Of a stretch of 64,000 nt of DNA, positions 1 through 9,474 are shown piece by piece. Position 1 is the stretch's first letter. Every line of letters starts with the position of its first letter. The translations under genes and the position numbers were made by a program. Source of the stretch: an uncultured Planctomycetales bacterium (GTDB lineage: Bacteria > Omnitrophota > Gorgyraeia > Zapsychrales > JAHFFX01); NCBI GenBank assembly GCA_964620805.1, contig CAZUJQ010000002.1, positions 6,253 through 70,252 on the forward strand, given 5' to 3'. The notes under the pieces were generated by a model, which worked only from the letters and a program-made list of their open reading frames with translations, had not been told where the DNA came from and searched no databases.

Positions 1-478
1 TCCGTTTTGTCATCCAGTATGTTTTTCTAAACGTGCTAATCGTCATCCAGGCCAATCCGCTCACCACCATAACTAAAGTTGAAGGCTCCGGAGCAAGAGA
101 TTTTGGCCCGTTAAAAATGTGAGAGTCCATTCCTGCTAGTCCTGATGATGTAGAAAAACTTTCCCCAAAAAGTAGGATTAATGAGATCCTCACGGCATAC
201 AATAAATATTTCATTGCTTACCTCTTCTCCTTTCATTGCAGCCCGGAGTATAATAAGTATTAAAAATATAGCAATAGCTGTGCCAAAATACACGGTCTTC
301 CGTTTATTTCCCTTAAAATTTATAAATGCTTCTAAACCATTAAATTGTAGTTTTTATGTTTATATGGAAAAATATGGAAATACCTAGATATTCTTGGATG
401 ATAATAGAATCAGTAGGATTAATAACTGTTGTATTTAGACAACATGCTATTAATCTGCTCAATTATATTAAATTATAT

Positions 479-1111
479 TTAAGGGAGGTGTTTAAGAAGA
501 TAGGGGGTGAGTGCGTAAATAAATTCGTGAATCCAATGAATGGCTTCTTTTTTTCTTCTCTCAGTGATATTGGCTGAAAGCCGAATCAAGGCACTGCTAT
601 GAGGCCTGCCGGTAAGAATGTTAAAGACCATCTTGATTTGTTGTTTCCAATAATTGGAAAGAAAGGAATTTCCGATTTTAAACCAATAGTAAGCATACTG
701 AGTATTCCCTTTCCATTCTAACAGTAAACGGTTTGCAGAGATTGTCGTTCCTCGATCAATCTGGAGAGAAAGCGGTTTTTTTTCTACAATCGATACCCCG
801 CCTCCCAAGTAACAAATTTCCGGTGGATGGAAGGCCTTACGATTATGCTGAGAATACACCATTAATAAGTAAACTTTTTTCTCTCCAGAGGTATAAATAC
901 GAGCGAGGACATTTCTCGTCTCGAGAATTGCATAATCGTCTTCCGACACAGGGACATCCTCACCTTTCCAGTCGCCTATTTGTTTAGGAAAATGATATAT
1001 GTTTACGGTATCGTTTTTTAAATAAGCATTAAAATACAAATTCCATGATACCAGCCCTCCTATAAAGAGCATCATGAACGTTAAAAAAAAATTTTGACGG
1101 GATTCGTTCAT
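479..1111 (-). CDS. epsI: EpsI family protein (exosortase-associated, methanolan-biosynthesis type)
   Basis: 210-aa ORF with N-terminal TM segment and the size and sequence character of the EpsI family. It overlaps the exosortase stop by 4 nt (1108-1111), as expected for the EpsH/EpsI pair. Confidence 0.55.
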   Translation of the reverse strand: MNESRQNFFLTFMMLFIGGLVSWNLYFNAYLKNDTVNIYHFPKQIGDWKGEDVPVSEDDYAILETRNVLARIYTSGEKKVYLLMVYSQHNRKAFHPPEICYLGGGVSIVEKKPLSLQIDRGTTISANRLLLEWKGNTQYAYYWFKIGNSFLSNYWKQQIKMVFNILTGRPHSSALIRLSANITERRKKEAIHWIHEFIYALTPYLLKHLP

Positions 1112-2040
1112 TCCAATATTTTAGTTATAGTCCAAAGAAGAAGGAAGGCCAGGGCAAATACCATAAACCCAGATGCTGTGTGCAGAAATCCGGTTATATA
1201 CCGTGTTCCCCAAATTTCGTTTATCGATGATAAAGCAACTATTCTAAAGACATTGGTCATGATCGCGATAGGAATTGTTGAAAGAAAAAGCAAGATCTTT
1301 TTATACCACGGCCCTTTTAACCAATAGGCAAACAAACTCCCCAAGGCCGTTAACGACATTAAAGATCGCAAGCCGCTACACACATCGTCCACCATCACGT
1401 AAGCATGCATCATTTTAATAAGACTCCCCTCTCTAAGAGCAGACAAATGCAGAAAATGATTTAAGATATAGGTTGCCACTTGGGCGGCAAAGATTTTCAT
1501 CGAAAAGCTGATTTCGGTAATTAATATTTCGGGCAAGGGGGTCATAAAGGCCAGGAAAAAGATCGGGAAAAGAATCTGATATAAAATCTTTTTTCCAAAA
1601 AACCCTAGTATTAATCCGGAAAGAACAATGATCATGGTGAAACCTGCTATAAAGTATATTCGGAGAAATGAACTGAAAAAGAAAACAAAAACGCCCAGAG
1701 CTACCCATAGAATTCCTACCTTCGATGATTCTCTAGGGATGTGTCGGAGTTCGTCCCTTTTTTGCCAAATAAGATAGGCTGTCACCATCGGAATAAGAAT
1801 GCCATGAGAATAATAAGAATCCCGTGCCCACCAGCGATCCCACATCCAAACCAAAATCGGCGTATACATGAAAAGGTAAGCAATCCCTGAAAGGAATTCT
1901 TGATGGTATTTTCGAAATCCAAATCGGATCGTATTGATCATGAGAATTCGAGAAGAAAATTTTAAGGATTGATCACTCCTGCTCGGCAAGGCGGGCCTTC
2001 TGCCACGCCACAGCCTGTCTTGCCCCGATAAATCGGACAA
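1108..2040 (-). CDS. exosortase (XrtA-like, EpsH family); true start probably an internal Met near 1941
   Basis: Polytopic membrane protein with 'WDRWWARDSYYSHGILIP' and a conserved Cys ('DVCSGLRSL'), typical of exosortases. The first ~33 codons overlap the upstream GT2. Confidence 0.65.
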   Translation of the reverse strand: MSDLSGQDRLWRGRRPALPSRSDQSLKFSSRILMINTIRFGFRKYHQEFLSGIAYLFMYTPILVWMWDRWWARDSYYSHGILIPMVTAYLIWQKRDELRHIPRESSKVGILWVALGVFVFFFSSFLRIYFIAGFTMIIVLSGLILGFFGKKILYQILFPIFFLAFMTPLPEILITEISFSMKIFAAQVATYILNHFLHLSALREGSLIKMMHAYVMVDDVCSGLRSLMSLTALGSLFAYWLKGPWYKKILLFLSTIPIAIMTNVFRIVALSSINEIWGTRYITGFLHTASGFMVFALAFLLLWTITKILE

Positions 2041-3148
2041 ACCCGATAAGCGCAGAATAATTTAAAAGACAAAAAACATAGGGAATATAACATAATCGGG
2101 AAATAACCTTAAGCCAGGCATTTTTCGGATGCCTCGCCCAATACCCCACCATAGCCATCGTATAAAAAATCATCTGCAAGATCAAAACTCGTTTATAAAA
2201 AAATAAGGATAGCAAAAAGAAATTAATTCCCGACAGCGCAATCAGGAAAAAAGGAATCAAGACCCGCAAAAGCTTATGGGAAAGAAGTTGAATAGCAATA
2301 GGGCTTTTCCAGAGAAGGAGCATCTCTGGCAACAACATGAAAAGCTGAAAATTTCCATACAAAGTTCTGACTTTTCGAGAATACTCTTCTTGGGGGTCTT
2401 CCGCGACCTGATCAAAAACCTGGGCCCTTGCCTCGAAAACGGCCCGATACCCCCTTTGAATAATCTTTAAAGGAATATACATATCATCGAGGATGACGTT
2501 CTCGGGTGCAATGGGATATAATTCTCGACGGATGGCATAAAGGGCCCCCGTGGCCCCCAAGATAGAATGAATTTGGCTCTCCAGGCGGCGTATAAATTTT
2601 TCATATCGCCAGTAGAGGCGTATCCCTTGGCCTGTACCTTCTTGACTTCCCGCAAAGATCAATTCTCCGCTTACAGATCCCACAAGGGGATCAAAAAAAT
2701 TAGAGACCAGCTCGTGAATTGCCAGGGGATCTAAAATCTGCCGGGCATCGGTAAAAACAACAATCTCTCCCAGGGCAGCGGGGACCAATTGGTTCAAGAT
2801 GGAAATCTTGCCTTTTCTAGTAGGATATTCAAACAGCCGTATTTGCGGATTTTGAATGCGCTTAATGATCTCGTTGGTCTGATCTTGGGATCCATCTGAT
2901 CCAATCAGAATTTCGATTTTCTCTGGGGGATAGTTGAGATTTAAAAGATTATTGATTTTCTTTTCCATCACATCTTCTTCATCACAGACCGACATAACCA
3001 CGGAGACCATGGGGGTGCAGGGAGATTTTCTTACCGGCTTTGATCTGAGCTTGGCCCAGATTCTCAAGAGCAAAGGGTAGCCAAAGTATCCGTAGAAAAT
3101 GAGAAACACCAAAAGCCAAAATACAATTTCCACTAAATTTCCCTCCAA
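1973..3148 (-). CDS. glycosyltransferase family 2, membrane-anchored
   Basis: N-terminal TM, GT-A catalytic region ('ILIGSDGSQDQT', 'DDMYIP') and C-terminal TM helices. Confidence 0.6.
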   Translation of the reverse strand: MEGNLVEIVFWLLVFLIFYGYFGYPLLLRIWAKLRSKPVRKSPCTPMVSVVMSVCDEEDVMEKKINNLLNLNYPPEKIEILIGSDGSQDQTNEIIKRIQNPQIRLFEYPTRKGKISILNQLVPAALGEIVVFTDARQILDPLAIHELVSNFFDPLVGSVSGELIFAGSQEGTGQGIRLYWRYEKFIRRLESQIHSILGATGALYAIRRELYPIAPENVILDDMYIPLKIIQRGYRAVFEARAQVFDQVAEDPQEEYSRKVRTLYGNFQLFMLLPEMLLLWKSPIAIQLLSHKLLRVLIPFFLIALSGINFFLLSLFFYKRVLILQMIFYTMAMVGYWARHPKNAWLKVISRLCYIPYVFCLLNYSALIGFVRFIGARQAVAWQKARLAEQE

Positions 3149-4296
3149 GCATGAGACTGTGATTCATAACCCGCAGACTTGCTCCCGATTAACCCCTCAA
3201 AGCCTGGAGGCAAAAGCCCCTCTTGTCTCGGATCTGCGTAATGAAAGGCCTTGGTCGACCACACCTCTTTTATAATCACTCCATCGTTGGCTATAACGCT
3301 CCCTTGCGTGATGGAGGTGGCGCCAATCTCATCGAACTCGGCTTTCCCATGGGTGTATGTGACCCCTTTGCGAATACCCGATAAAACGGCTATTTCTCGG
3401 TATCCTGACCACGCGATGATATTAATAGGGGTGGGGTTCTTTGCTGAGCCCATCTGATTAAAGCTCACCTGGCCTGTCGCGATAACTGTCAAATTTTGCT
3501 GATCTGCCCTTTCTTCTTCAATGCCGCTGTCCAGAACAACGACGCTGCCTTTCTCTGGGGCACTCCCTTCCACATAGACAATTCTTTTCTTCTGTTCTAG
3601 AAGAGGTTGAGGATTGAGAGTATACGTGTCGTCTCCCTTAATGTAAAGGACTTCTTCTGCAGGATAGGTGTTGACCAGATCCCGATTGAATGCTAGAAAA
3701 TCATCGAATTCATCCATGACACCGTTGGCATTGGCGTCAGGATACTTTAAGGAGACGAAATCTTCGGATAAATTTTCTTTAAGGTCTTCGACATAGGCAC
3801 TGGAATGCTTGGCGGTATTTGTAAGCCGGCCGCTTAATCGGATCTTATCATTAAGCGCCAAAGTGACTTTGTGGCCTTTGATTTCTATATCCCCTTTGAC
3901 CGATAAGGCATGATTGAAGACCTCCGGGGCCTTGGCGGGGAATTCAATCTGGATGCTTCTTTGGCTGCCGTCCACAACACCCGTCGCCGTGACCACCCTT
4001 TTCGCTGGCTGAGAGTCATCTTTAGAAAAATAGACCACACCATTGGGATAAACCCATCTTTGAGGATCGCCCTTTTTTTCCTCTAAGATCAAGGGATTGG
4101 CTTTAATCCTATGGATGGCGGCTTCCGCCAGCCAGAAGGCGGCGGTTAAGTTTTTATACCGACGGGCATCGCTGAGTTCGCGCAATGTCATCATGGCCAA
4201 GCTGGCGGACAAGATCACCAAGACCGACATGGCAAAATAGGCCAAAATTAAAGCCACTCCTTTATTGTTGCGTAATTTTTTCATATGACTCCTCAA
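3133..4296 (-). CDS. PilX-like pseudopilin (type IV pilus minor pilin, PilX_N-type N-terminus); probable ATG start at 4284
   Basis: N-terminus 'KGVALILAYFAMSVLVILSASLAMMTLRELSDARRYKNLTAAFWLAEAAI' resembles the PilX N-terminal domain. The listed ORF starts at TTG, with an in-frame ATG 4 codons downstream. Confidence 0.45.
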   Translation of the reverse strand: MRSHMKKLRNNKGVALILAYFAMSVLVILSASLAMMTLRELSDARRYKNLTAAFWLAEAAIHRIKANPLILEEKKGDPQRWVYPNGVVYFSKDDSQPAKRVVTATGVVDGSQRSIQIEFPAKAPEVFNHALSVKGDIEIKGHKVTLALNDKIRLSGRLTNTAKHSSAYVEDLKENLSEDFVSLKYPDANANGVMDEFDDFLAFNRDLVNTYPAEEVLYIKGDDTYTLNPQPLLEQKKRIVYVEGSAPEKGSVVVLDSGIEEERADQQNLTVIATGQVSFNQMGSAKNPTPINIIAWSGYREIAVLSGIRKGVTYTHGKAEFDEIGATSITQGSVIANDGVIIKEVWSTKAFHYADPRQEGLLPPGFEGLIGSKSAGYESQSHAWREI

Positions 4297-4299
4297 TAA

Positions 4300-4388
4300 G
4301 TTGCCAATGTTTCCAAAGTTTCCAAGGTTTAGGAAGGCAACCTCGGCAACTTTGGCAACTTTGGCAACATGGGAAACATGGGCAACTT
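4300..4388. repeat. family-A 9-mer-arm element, copy A1 (minimal: arms abut, no core)
   Basis: (gttgccaat)(gtttccaaa)(gtttccaag)(gtttaggaa) | (ggcaacctc)(ggcaacttt)(ggcaacttt)(ggcaacatg)(ggaaacatg)(ggcaactt). Confidence 0.8.
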
Positions 4389-4870
4389 CATTTCCGCAGC
4401 GTGATTTTCTCCTGCAGCCGGAAGTTCAGGGTTTCGCTTTTGGATATCTTCTTTTCGGCCCGCAAGGCGATTGCCAGCCGGTCCGTGCTGCTGTAATCAA
4501 AGGAAAGATCCGAGATGTCTCTTGCGATAATCCATTTTTGAGCATTATTTTCTCGGATGATGGTGTTAGCTTCTTTTCCGTTTTTATTAAAAGTAAAGGC
4601 GATGATCCCGACATAAGGTTTCTTAAAACGAATCGCCACACTTTCGGAATCTTTCGTGATGAGGATCCCCTCGGCTTCCCGCAGGTCTTTGACCATGGCA
4701 AAAAGCGCCCAGCGTACCTCCCGCTCCAAGGACAGCTTAGTGTAATAAGTTATCCATGATTTATTTCCTACGGCGAGCACGGTGTAGACTGCCATGATGA
4801 TCCCGGAGAAGATTCCCACAGCAACAAGAACTTCGACCAGACTCAGGGCCCTTTGAGAACGGAGATTCAT
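4388..4870 (-). CDS. prepilin-type N-terminal domain protein (PilW/GspJ-like pseudopilin)
   Basis: 'QRALSLVEVLVAVGIFSGIIMAV' is a degenerate class-III signal peptide / methylation motif followed by a hydrophobic helix. Confidence 0.45.
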   Translation of the reverse strand: MNLRSQRALSLVEVLVAVGIFSGIIMAVYTVLAVGNKSWITYYTKLSLEREVRWALFAMVKDLREAEGILITKDSESVAIRFKKPYVGIIAFTFNKNGKEANTIIRENNAQKWIIARDISDLSFDYSSTDRLAIALRAEKKISKSETLNFRLQEKITLRK

Positions 4871-5265
4871 TTGGTTATGCTTGTGGTCAGCATGACAGAA
4901 TTAATACGGGAGTTCTTCTTCCATCTGACTGTCGTCTGGATATCCAAGGGATTGCTTTCGCTGTTGGTAAAACGGACATCGTGTGTCTCATCCGGTAAAG
5001 TATCAAGGCCTTGCCTTTGAGCCCATTCGAACCAGTTGGTGGCAAGGATATTCGTCAAGGTTGCACGGGATTGCATCTCTTCTAGGATCTGCTCAGCATG
5101 AAGAGTAGCGGTTGTCATATCCGAGGCAAATTCGGCAGACAAAATGGCCTGGGAAAAAAAGAGAAGCACACTCATAATGCCCACGGATAACACAAAAACC
5201 GCAATGAGCATTTCCGCTAAAGTGAATCCCTTGTTTGGATTAGATATTCTACTTCGCATAAGCAA
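4867..5265 (-). CDS. prepilin-type cleavage/methylation domain protein (PilV/GspI-like pseudopilin)
   Basis: Canonical 'KGFTLAEMLIAVFVLSVGI' prepilin N-terminus; overlaps the next pseudopilin by 4 nt. Confidence 0.6.
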   Translation of the reverse strand: MLMRSRISNPNKGFTLAEMLIAVFVLSVGIMSVLLFFSQAILSAEFASDMTTATLHAEQILEEMQSRATLTNILATNWFEWAQRQGLDTLPDETHDVRFTNSESNPLDIQTTVRWKKNSRINSVMLTTSITK

Positions 5266-5454
5266 TTTAATAGAAGGAGGTTACTATTCAGGTACCTTGG
5301 CTCGTCGATAAGAAATTTTAGCCTAAAATTTACTCAAATAAGCTCTCGTCGAGAGTCAATTTCCATTAAGATCACCTGCAATCTGGTTCTCGACGGATAT
5401 GGGTACCTAAGTAGTTACAGAAGGAGAATAAAATCATGGGCCGGCATTTAAATC

Positions 5455-8400
5455 CTACGTGGATTGCTCTTTTTGACAATGATGACTGCAGCCATCGTCA
5501 TCGAGGATATTGCCATCATCGCAGGCTTCGGTTGAGGCTTGGAAAATGCCGTTTCCGCAAATCTCGGTGATACAATGGCGGTCGCATCCGTCCCGATCTT
5601 TGCGATTGCCATCGTCACATAATTCTCCCGGCTGGAGGATACCATTCCCACAGAGTTCTATTTGACAAGAGGCATCGCATCCATCCCCGTTTCTGGAATT
5701 GCCATCGTCACACTGCTCTGTTTTTTGATTGACAGAGCCATCTCCACAGAAGGTCTCTTTTTCTTCCTCCTCCTGCTTTTCCTGTTCTTCTTGCTTTTCC
5801 TCTACTGGAATTAGAGCATCCAGGGATTGAAGGGTTTCTTCCAGGGAGATTGAGGAGGCTGGGGAGTCGTCCTGGAGAGTTTGTTTGCTTTTGCTTTCAA
5901 TGGCCTCTATGAGATTTTTTCGTGATTCGATGGCCTTCTTGACCAAAAGAAACTGTGAGGGAATTTGTTCATTGGCTGATCTCCCCTTGGAATTTTGAGT
6001 TAAACCCACGGGTTTAGGGGTTTGCGTTGTTTTTGTTTGATTGGATTTTTTTATGGAAGACTCTTTGCCATAGGAATCAACCGAGCTTGTCTGGGTTGTT
6101 GTCTTAGGTCTGAAAGTGTCTTGGATCTTAGGCCCGGGGATCTTAAAGCGCGAAGAATAAGAACCCGTATTACTCCTGCTCCCACCGCCACCGCTGCCAC
6201 CAGCGACGACCGAAGAACCACCCTTGCCTTTTTCCACTGTCACTTCTGGGAGAGGAGTGGGACTTAGGGGAATAGACGTTATGTTGGATTTCACATTTGG
6301 ACTAGACTCATTGGCCGGCGGTTTGACAATAGGCTCCTCTTTTTTATCCGTTTGCTCTTGAGGGGGCACGGTATCGGTTATTTTCGGTTGAGGATAAGAT
6401 GATATTTCCACTTTCGGCGAAGCATCCTCCTGAGGAGGCTGGATAACGGGTTGGAGCACGGGGGCCTCTTCTTTTTTCGGCTCCATCTTGGTTTCTTCCT
6501 TTGGGGACTCGATTTTGACTTCTTCTTTCTTGGGTTCTACCTTGATCTCCTCCTGCTTCGGTTCAATCTTGATCTCCTCTTTCTTGGGCTCGATCTTGGT
6601 CTCTTCCTTCGGCAGATTGACCAGGGGCTCAGGCGGCTTGGGGGGATCGATGTCCTCTTTCTTGGCCTCAACCTTGGGCTCCTCTTTCTTGGGCTCCACC
6701 TTGACTTCTTCCTTCGGCAGACTGACCAACGGTTCAGGTGGCTTAGGGGGATCGATCTTGACTTCCTCTTTCTTAGGTTCAGTCTGGGATGATTGCGAGG
6801 GCTGTGACGTTTGAGACGGTTGCGACGCTGGAGATGGCAGAGGAGTTTTGGGCAGCTCTATCTTGATTTCCTCCTTCTTTCCCGATTCCTGGAAATTCAC
6901 CAAAACAATTTTGGGATCACTGGTTGAACTTGAGGAGCTTGTTGGTGAATTTGTCTGCGGAGGATTTTGGGCTGATGGTAAGCTAATAGGATTCGCTTGC
7001 TTAGGTTCCCCCTTTGTTGTACCCGCCGTCGAAGAGTCTGGCTGGGGAAAACGGCTGGAACCGAATTCCAACGCCCCGATATCCCAGGATGCGCCACGAT
7101 CAAACTCATTGTAATCTAAATTCGATAAACCCGGAATCACCAAAGCCGCGTTGATGGCCGGGCTGCCGGCCAAGAGATCCAGGTTATATTCAGCACCGGA
7201 ATAAAAGGAAATGATCGGCCCAATCAATTTGGGGTCCGTGCATTTGGAATGGGATTTATCTTTACAATCGCTGGCAAAGTTTTTTGTATTCCATATAATC
7301 GAGTAATCATCATTCATCGGCAGACTTCCGCAGGGACCATCGGCATTCCCTGTCCTGCCAGAGGCGTAATACAAAGCCGATAAATCTTTGCCGTCATTAA
7401 ACTCGATTCCTCCTAAAAAGATATTGTTTCTGGAGGTAAAAGTCTCTTTCCCAGTGCATTCGGAACCTGAAGACAAAACGATCACATCGCCGTTCCCTGT
7501 GATGGTGCTATTGAGGAGATTGACTTTTGTTCCTGCTCTAAAAGCAGCAGCGATGCTGCTTCCCGCGGCCCGGCAGTGGTTAAAGGTCGCCGACTTCCAA
7601 GTGAAGGGTTGGTTTTTGAAGTACCCACAATTGCCAACGATGAGTGAGTTTTCGATAACCGTGTCTGCCGAGACTTTCACTTGATTGCCCGCATTACCCT
7701 CAAAGCGGGACCGTTTAATTGTGATCGTGCCGTTTCCATTGTGATAGAGCAAATCCAGGCCATCGGAGACATTGTGGCTGAAATCCACGTTGTGGAAGAC
7801 CCAATAGCCGCCGGTGGAATGGGTCCCCAGGCCATCCCCGTATCCACCCTGATCCTGACTGTAGCAATTGTAAGGCTGCTTTCCTTGGGCCAGGCCGGCC
7901 TGCCCGGGGAGGGGATACGTTTCCCCGCATCCGCTGTAAAGGATTTTGGTCCGGTTAAAAGTCATGGTCCCGGAATTGGAGGATTGATTGGCCCCGATAT
8001 CGCCATCCCAGCCCACAAAAGAATTATTGACGATTTGGGAATCTTCGATGGTCCAGTCCTTGATCCGTCCAGCATGAATTCCCCGGTACAAACCGTGGAT
8101 GGCGACGTTTTTAATGAGAACATTGCTGCTATCCGAGGCAGAAATCCCCGTTACTGCCCATTCGCCATAGGGAGGTGCCCCGTCTCTTTTACAAGGTTTA
8201 GGGCCGAAGACCTGGCAGTCGGAATGGTCGGTTATGTCGAGACATTGCAATTCCACATTGTTGCTTGCCTGCAGGCTCAAAACTTGCCATATCCTCTCCA
8301 CGCCAAACAATTGGGGAGGATTGCTACAGTCCGCATCCCAGCCTTTGCCTAAGATTCTTGTGGGACGGGCGGGATCTGGCCCGGAAGGAATCGAGCGCAT

Positions 8401-8763
8401 GACGCAATCCCATGGCCAATTGGGATAACATTTTGAGGTGTCGCCGGTATTGGGAGCACCATAGCCTATTTTATATTCCCCCAACCCAATAATGAGAGTA
8501 TCCCCCCCTTGTAGTTTCGTCGGATTATTTCCGATGGGAGCGATGGCCCAGAAGGGATGATTCCAGGCACAGGATTGATTCTTTCCGGAGCCGGGGTAAG
8601 GATTATCAGCAAGACCAGTGCATTGGGAGGTCGTCCCACCATCGGGCCGGACGTAGTAGGTGGCGGCATGGGCTAAATTTGTTAGGAAAAGAGTCCACAA
8701 AAAAAGGATCAGGAGGTTTCGTACAATCTTATGCTGGGGGTTTGATGACATGGTTGACCTCAT
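5455..8763 (-). CDS. large secreted right-handed beta-helix (pectate-lyase-like) protein with Pro/Glu/Lys-rich repetitive linker and three C-terminal Myxococcus cysteine-rich repeats
   Basis: Signal peptide ('LLILFLWTLFLTNLAHA'); 'YYVRPDGG' start of a parallel beta-helix with 'NVAIHG' / 'SNNVELQ'-type repeat segments. Long EPKKEE/PPKPPEPLV repeat linker, and 3 copies of CGxGxxxxxExCDDGNxxxxDGCxxxC at the C-terminus. Confidence 0.7.
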   Translation of the reverse strand: MRSTMSSNPQHKIVRNLLILFLWTLFLTNLAHAATYYVRPDGGTTSQCTGLADNPYPGSGKNQSCAWNHPFWAIAPIGNNPTKLQGGDTLIIGLGEYKIGYGAPNTGDTSKCYPNWPWDCVMRSIPSGPDPARPTRILGKGWDADCSNPPQLFGVERIWQVLSLQASNNVELQCLDITDHSDCQVFGPKPCKRDGAPPYGEWAVTGISASDSSNVLIKNVAIHGLYRGIHAGRIKDWTIEDSQIVNNSFVGWDGDIGANQSSNSGTMTFNRTKILYSGCGETYPLPGQAGLAQGKQPYNCYSQDQGGYGDGLGTHSTGGYWVFHNVDFSHNVSDGLDLLYHNGNGTITIKRSRFEGNAGNQVKVSADTVIENSLIVGNCGYFKNQPFTWKSATFNHCRAAGSSIAAAFRAGTKVNLLNSTITGNGDVIVLSSGSECTGKETFTSRNNIFLGGIEFNDGKDLSALYYASGRTGNADGPCGSLPMNDDYSIIWNTKNFASDCKDKSHSKCTDPKLIGPIISFYSGAEYNLDLLAGSPAINAALVIPGLSNLDYNEFDRGASWDIGALEFGSSRFPQPDSSTAGTTKGEPKQANPISLPSAQNPPQTNSPTSSSSSTSDPKIVLVNFQESGKKEEIKIELPKTPLPSPASQPSQTSQPSQSSQTEPKKEEVKIDPPKPPEPLVSLPKEEVKVEPKKEEPKVEAKKEDIDPPKPPEPLVNLPKEETKIEPKKEEIKIEPKQEEIKVEPKKEEVKIESPKEETKMEPKKEEAPVLQPVIQPPQEDASPKVEISSYPQPKITDTVPPQEQTDKKEEPIVKPPANESSPNVKSNITSIPLSPTPLPEVTVEKGKGGSSVVAGGSGGGGSRSNTGSYSSRFKIPGPKIQDTFRPKTTTQTSSVDSYGKESSIKKSNQTKTTQTPKPVGLTQNSKGRSANEQIPSQFLLVKKAIESRKNLIEAIESKSKQTLQDDSPASSISLEETLQSLDALIPVEEKQEEQEKQEEEEKETFCGDGSVNQKTEQCDDGNSRNGDGCDASCQIELCGNGILQPGELCDDGNRKDRDGCDRHCITEICGNGIFQASTEACDDGNILDDDGCSHHCQKEQST
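6590..6790. repeat. tandem ~120-bp in-frame repeat inside the giant gene (encodes DPPKPPEPLV[SN]LPKEE.KVEPKKEE units)
   Basis: Directly visible duplicated DNA and protein segment. The + strand shadow ORFs 6451..6792 and 6488..6814 are artefacts of this repeat. Confidence 0.7.
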
Positions 8764-9474
8764 AATAAAAAAACCTATTCTTCTGTTGGGGCTTTACGCA
8801 GCAATCTCGAAGAATAGGTATGAATGACCCGTGCTTCAAAAAGGTTAAACCCTTCTGTGACACGTAATGCATTCCCTGTTTTGGCAGCTGGCTGCCTCTC
8901 CGAAATTGTTCGGTTTAAGGCCCTGCCCCAACGCTCGTTTCTCTCGGCACCGACGTTCTCTGGGAAATTTATATGAGGTGGTCGGAGTGCCGACTGTAAC
9001 GTCGGCATCGGGGTCCCGACTTTCCCGACGCCCCGCCCTTGCGGGGGTCGGGACTCCGACCGAGTTCAACGAACGTCGGAGCCTTTTGAATTTAATCAAG
9101 GAAACGTCGGGATAGTTTTGCCCCGGCTTCGCTCAAATGCTTTCGCTTTGAGTCCGCCTTCGTCAAATACTTTACGTGTTTGACTTCGGCGGCTCCTGCG
9201 TAGCTCGAACAAAAGAGTATTCGAGCGAAGCAGGACCTCGCCGGGCCCCTACTACTTCGCTTTGCGAAGCAAAGCGGTAGGGGGTCTCCGCCTTACGGCA
9301 GATTTGCCCTTATCAGTACAGACTTGACAAAAGAGCAATTTTTACTTTACGGTTGGAGTATAACATGAGCCGCGCCCTCTTGTCAAATACCTATCCTCGA
9401 TGAGATTTAATAAAATCAAGGGGCTTTTCTTTTGCTCGTTTATAGTCCTTAGGAGGGATGTTGTTGAGAGATCG

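Noticed and set aside
1-478. AT-rich terminal region with a 60-aa minus-strand ORF (111..293)
   Set aside because: No recognisable motif or start context and very low GC; left unannotated.
4301-4759. + strand 152-aa ORF beginning MPMFPKFPRFRKATSATLATLATWETW
   Set aside because: Begins inside repeat copy A1 and runs antisense through the pseudopilin gene; artefact.
6451-6814. Two + strand ORFs (113 and 108 aa) rich in L/F/G
   Set aside because: They lie antisense inside the giant gene's Pro/Glu/Lys tandem-repeat linker. They are low-complexity shadow ORFs.
5455-8763. Giant protein as the exosortase substrate
   Set aside because: The C-terminus ends ...CSHHCQKEQST with no PEP motif, TM helix or Arg-rich tail.
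8775-9115. Small Arg-rich ORFs (77-84 aa) in the region upstream of the giant gene
   Set aside because: Their composition is driven by the GC-rich hairpins. There is no start context, and both strands give similar junk ORFs. Treated as structured non-coding DNA.
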